In this document: positions 62,560-64,000 of the stretch, piece by piece
Layout: every line of letters begins with the position of its first letter
How positions within the stretch are numbered: the stretch's first letter is position 1
Assembly (NCBI GenBank): GCA_963803435.1
Contig: CAWDML010000014.1
Location: 32,001-96,000, forward strand
Source of the DNA: an uncultured delta proteobacterium
Lineage (GTDB): Bacteria; Myxococcota; Kuafuiibacteriia; Kuafuiibacteriales; Kuafuiibacteriaceae
Length of the DNA stretch: 64,000 nucleotides
Reading direction: 5' to 3'
Translations under genes and position numbers: made by a program
Notes under the pieces: model-generated
Database searches by the model: none
Seen by the model: only the letters and a program-made list of their open reading frames with translations
Told to the model about the DNA's origin: nothing

Positions 62560-64000
62560 ATGGAGCTCGCACCGCCCCGCTTCGTACTTGTCGGCGTCGT
62601 GCGCCGGTTTCACTCGGTTTCGCTCGCGCTGGTGGCCGCGCTGGGATGCGCGCCCGCCGAGCACCGGTGCGAGAAGGACGGACCGGCGTCGTGCGACCGG
62701 GATCCGGACGCCTCCCCATACGACTTCATCGTCGTCGGCTCGGGGGCCGGCGGGGGCCCGCTGGCGGCGCGCCTCGCCCGGGCCGGACGGCCGGTCTTGC
62801 TCCTCGAAGCGGGCGAGGACGTCGGCGGCAAGCTCGCCTATCAGGTCCCCGCCATGCACGCGCTCTCCACCGAGGAGGCGTCGATGGCGTGGTGGTACTT
62901 CGTCCGGCACCACCCCAATCCCGCCCTCGATCGGGAGGACTCGAAGTGGACCGAGGAGGGGATCCTGTACCCGCGCGGGAGCGCGCTCGGGGGCTCGACC
63001 GCGGTCAACGCGATGGTCACGGTGCTCCCCTCCCGCTCGGACTGGGATCGGATCGCCACGCTCACCGGCGACCCGTCCTGGCGAGCGCAAGCGATGGATC
63101 CCTACTACGACCGGGTCCGCGAGTGGCTGGGCGTCGAGATCCCGGATCCGGACCTCGGCCTCCAGGATCGGAAGATCTCGGGCTTTCTGGCGGCGGCCGC
63201 GGCCGTGCACGCCGAGGACTCGAACGCCGGCTTCCCCGACCAGCTCAGCAGCCTGCTGGCGCAGGACCTCAACGCCGAGCTCCGCACCGGGGAGACCACC
63301 GGCCTCTTCCGGCTCCCGCTCGCCACCGAGGACGGCCACCGGTCGGGCACGCGCGGCTTCATCGTGGACACGGTCGAGGCGGGCTACCCGCTCACCGTCG
63401 TCACCGGCGCCTTCGTGACGCGGGTGCTGTTCAATCGATCGGCGAGCACGCCCACCGCGATCGGCGTCGAGTACGCGGCGCAGGATCACGTGTATGAGGC
63501 GAGCCTCGAGCCGGCCGCCGCGCCCGCCGATCGTCAGGCCGTGTATGCGGAGCGCGAGGTCATCCTGGCCGCCGGCGCGTTCAACTCACCCCAGCTGCTG
63601 ATGCTCTCCGGGATCGGCGATCCCGACGCCCTCACGGCGGTGGGGATCGAGCCGCGCCTGGCGCGCACCGGCGTGGGAACGAACCTCCAGGATCGATACG
63701 AGGCCGCGGTGGTGAGCGAGTTCGGGACCCCGATCTCGATCGTCGAGAAGTGTCGCCTGGGTGATCCTCCGGATCAGGATCCGTGCCTCGACGAGTGGAA
63801 GCGGGGCGAGGGCGTCTACCGCACCAGCGGCTTCCTCGCGACCGTGCTGATGCGCTCCTCGCCCGAGGTGCCCAGCGCCGACCTCCAGGTGTTCGCGGTC
63901 CCGGGCGACGCACGCGGCTACTATCCCGGCTACTCGCGCGACAGCCTCACCTTCAAGAACCGCTTCAGCTGGCTCCTGCTCGAGGCGCACACGCACAACC
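62560..64000 (+). CDS. Partial GMC oxidoreductase (choline-dehydrogenase-like) lipoprotein running off the right edge
   Basis: Hand translation: 'LGC' lipobox, 'YDFIVVGSGAGGGPLAARLA', 'YPRGSALGGSTAVN', 'EVILAAGAFNSPQLLMLSGIG', 'GTNLQDRYE'. Confidence 0.88.
   Translation, partial: MELAPPRFVLVGVVRRFHSVSLALVAALGCAPAEHRCEKDGPASCDRDPDASPYDFIVVGSGAGGGPLAARLARAGRPVLLLEAGEDVGGKLAYQVPAMHALSTEEASMAWWYFVRHHPNPALDREDSKWTEEGILYPRGSALGGSTAVNAMVTVLPSRSDWDRIATLTGDPSWRAQAMDPYYDRVREWLGVEIPDPDLGLQDRKISGFLAAAAAVHAEDSNAGFPDQLSSLLAQDLNAELRTGETTGLFRLPLATEDGHRSGTRGFIVDTVEAGYPLTVVTGAFVTRVLFNRSASTPTAIGVEYAAQDHVYEASLEPAAAPADRQAVYAEREVILAAGAFNSPQLLMLSGIGDPDALTAVGIEPRLARTGVGTNLQDRYEAAVVSEFGTPISIVEKCRLGDPPDQDPCLDEWKRGEGVYRTSGFLATVLMRSSPEVPSADLQVFAVPGDARGYYPGYSRDSLTFKNRFSWLLLEAHTHN

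Overview
High-GC, gene-dense bacterial DNA, most likely Myxococcota or a related deltaproteobacterium (TIGR02996 and TIGR02147 proteins, Ig-like/VWA lipoproteins, Ser/Thr kinase-ECF pair). It holds about 46 CDS and one tRNA-Ser(CGA). No rRNA, CRISPR array, IS or integrase was seen. Main loci: (1) a convergent inositol-phospholipid/sphingolipid-type cluster with an Aur1-like synthase, a CDP-alcohol phosphotransferase-GtrA fusion, a membrane-PgpA fusion, DedA, a radical SAM enzyme and a secreted protein; (2) a rubrerythrin / Fe-S oxidoreductase / DUF3501 operon with a near-perfect sigma-54 promoter, four copies of a palindromic motif and a divergent NorR-like activator; (3) aguAB; (4) a yehLMPQ-like MoxR/DUF5682/VWA/SWIM operon; (5) a roughly 2270-aa HEAT plus glycine-zipper protein; (6) an orphan radical SAM plus FtsH-ternary-system-like gene pair; (7) divergent GMC oxidoreductases. 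Six genes have single-base frameshifts at or next to GATC, most likely a methylation-linked sequencing artefact. All family assignments come from motif recognition by eye; no database search was run.
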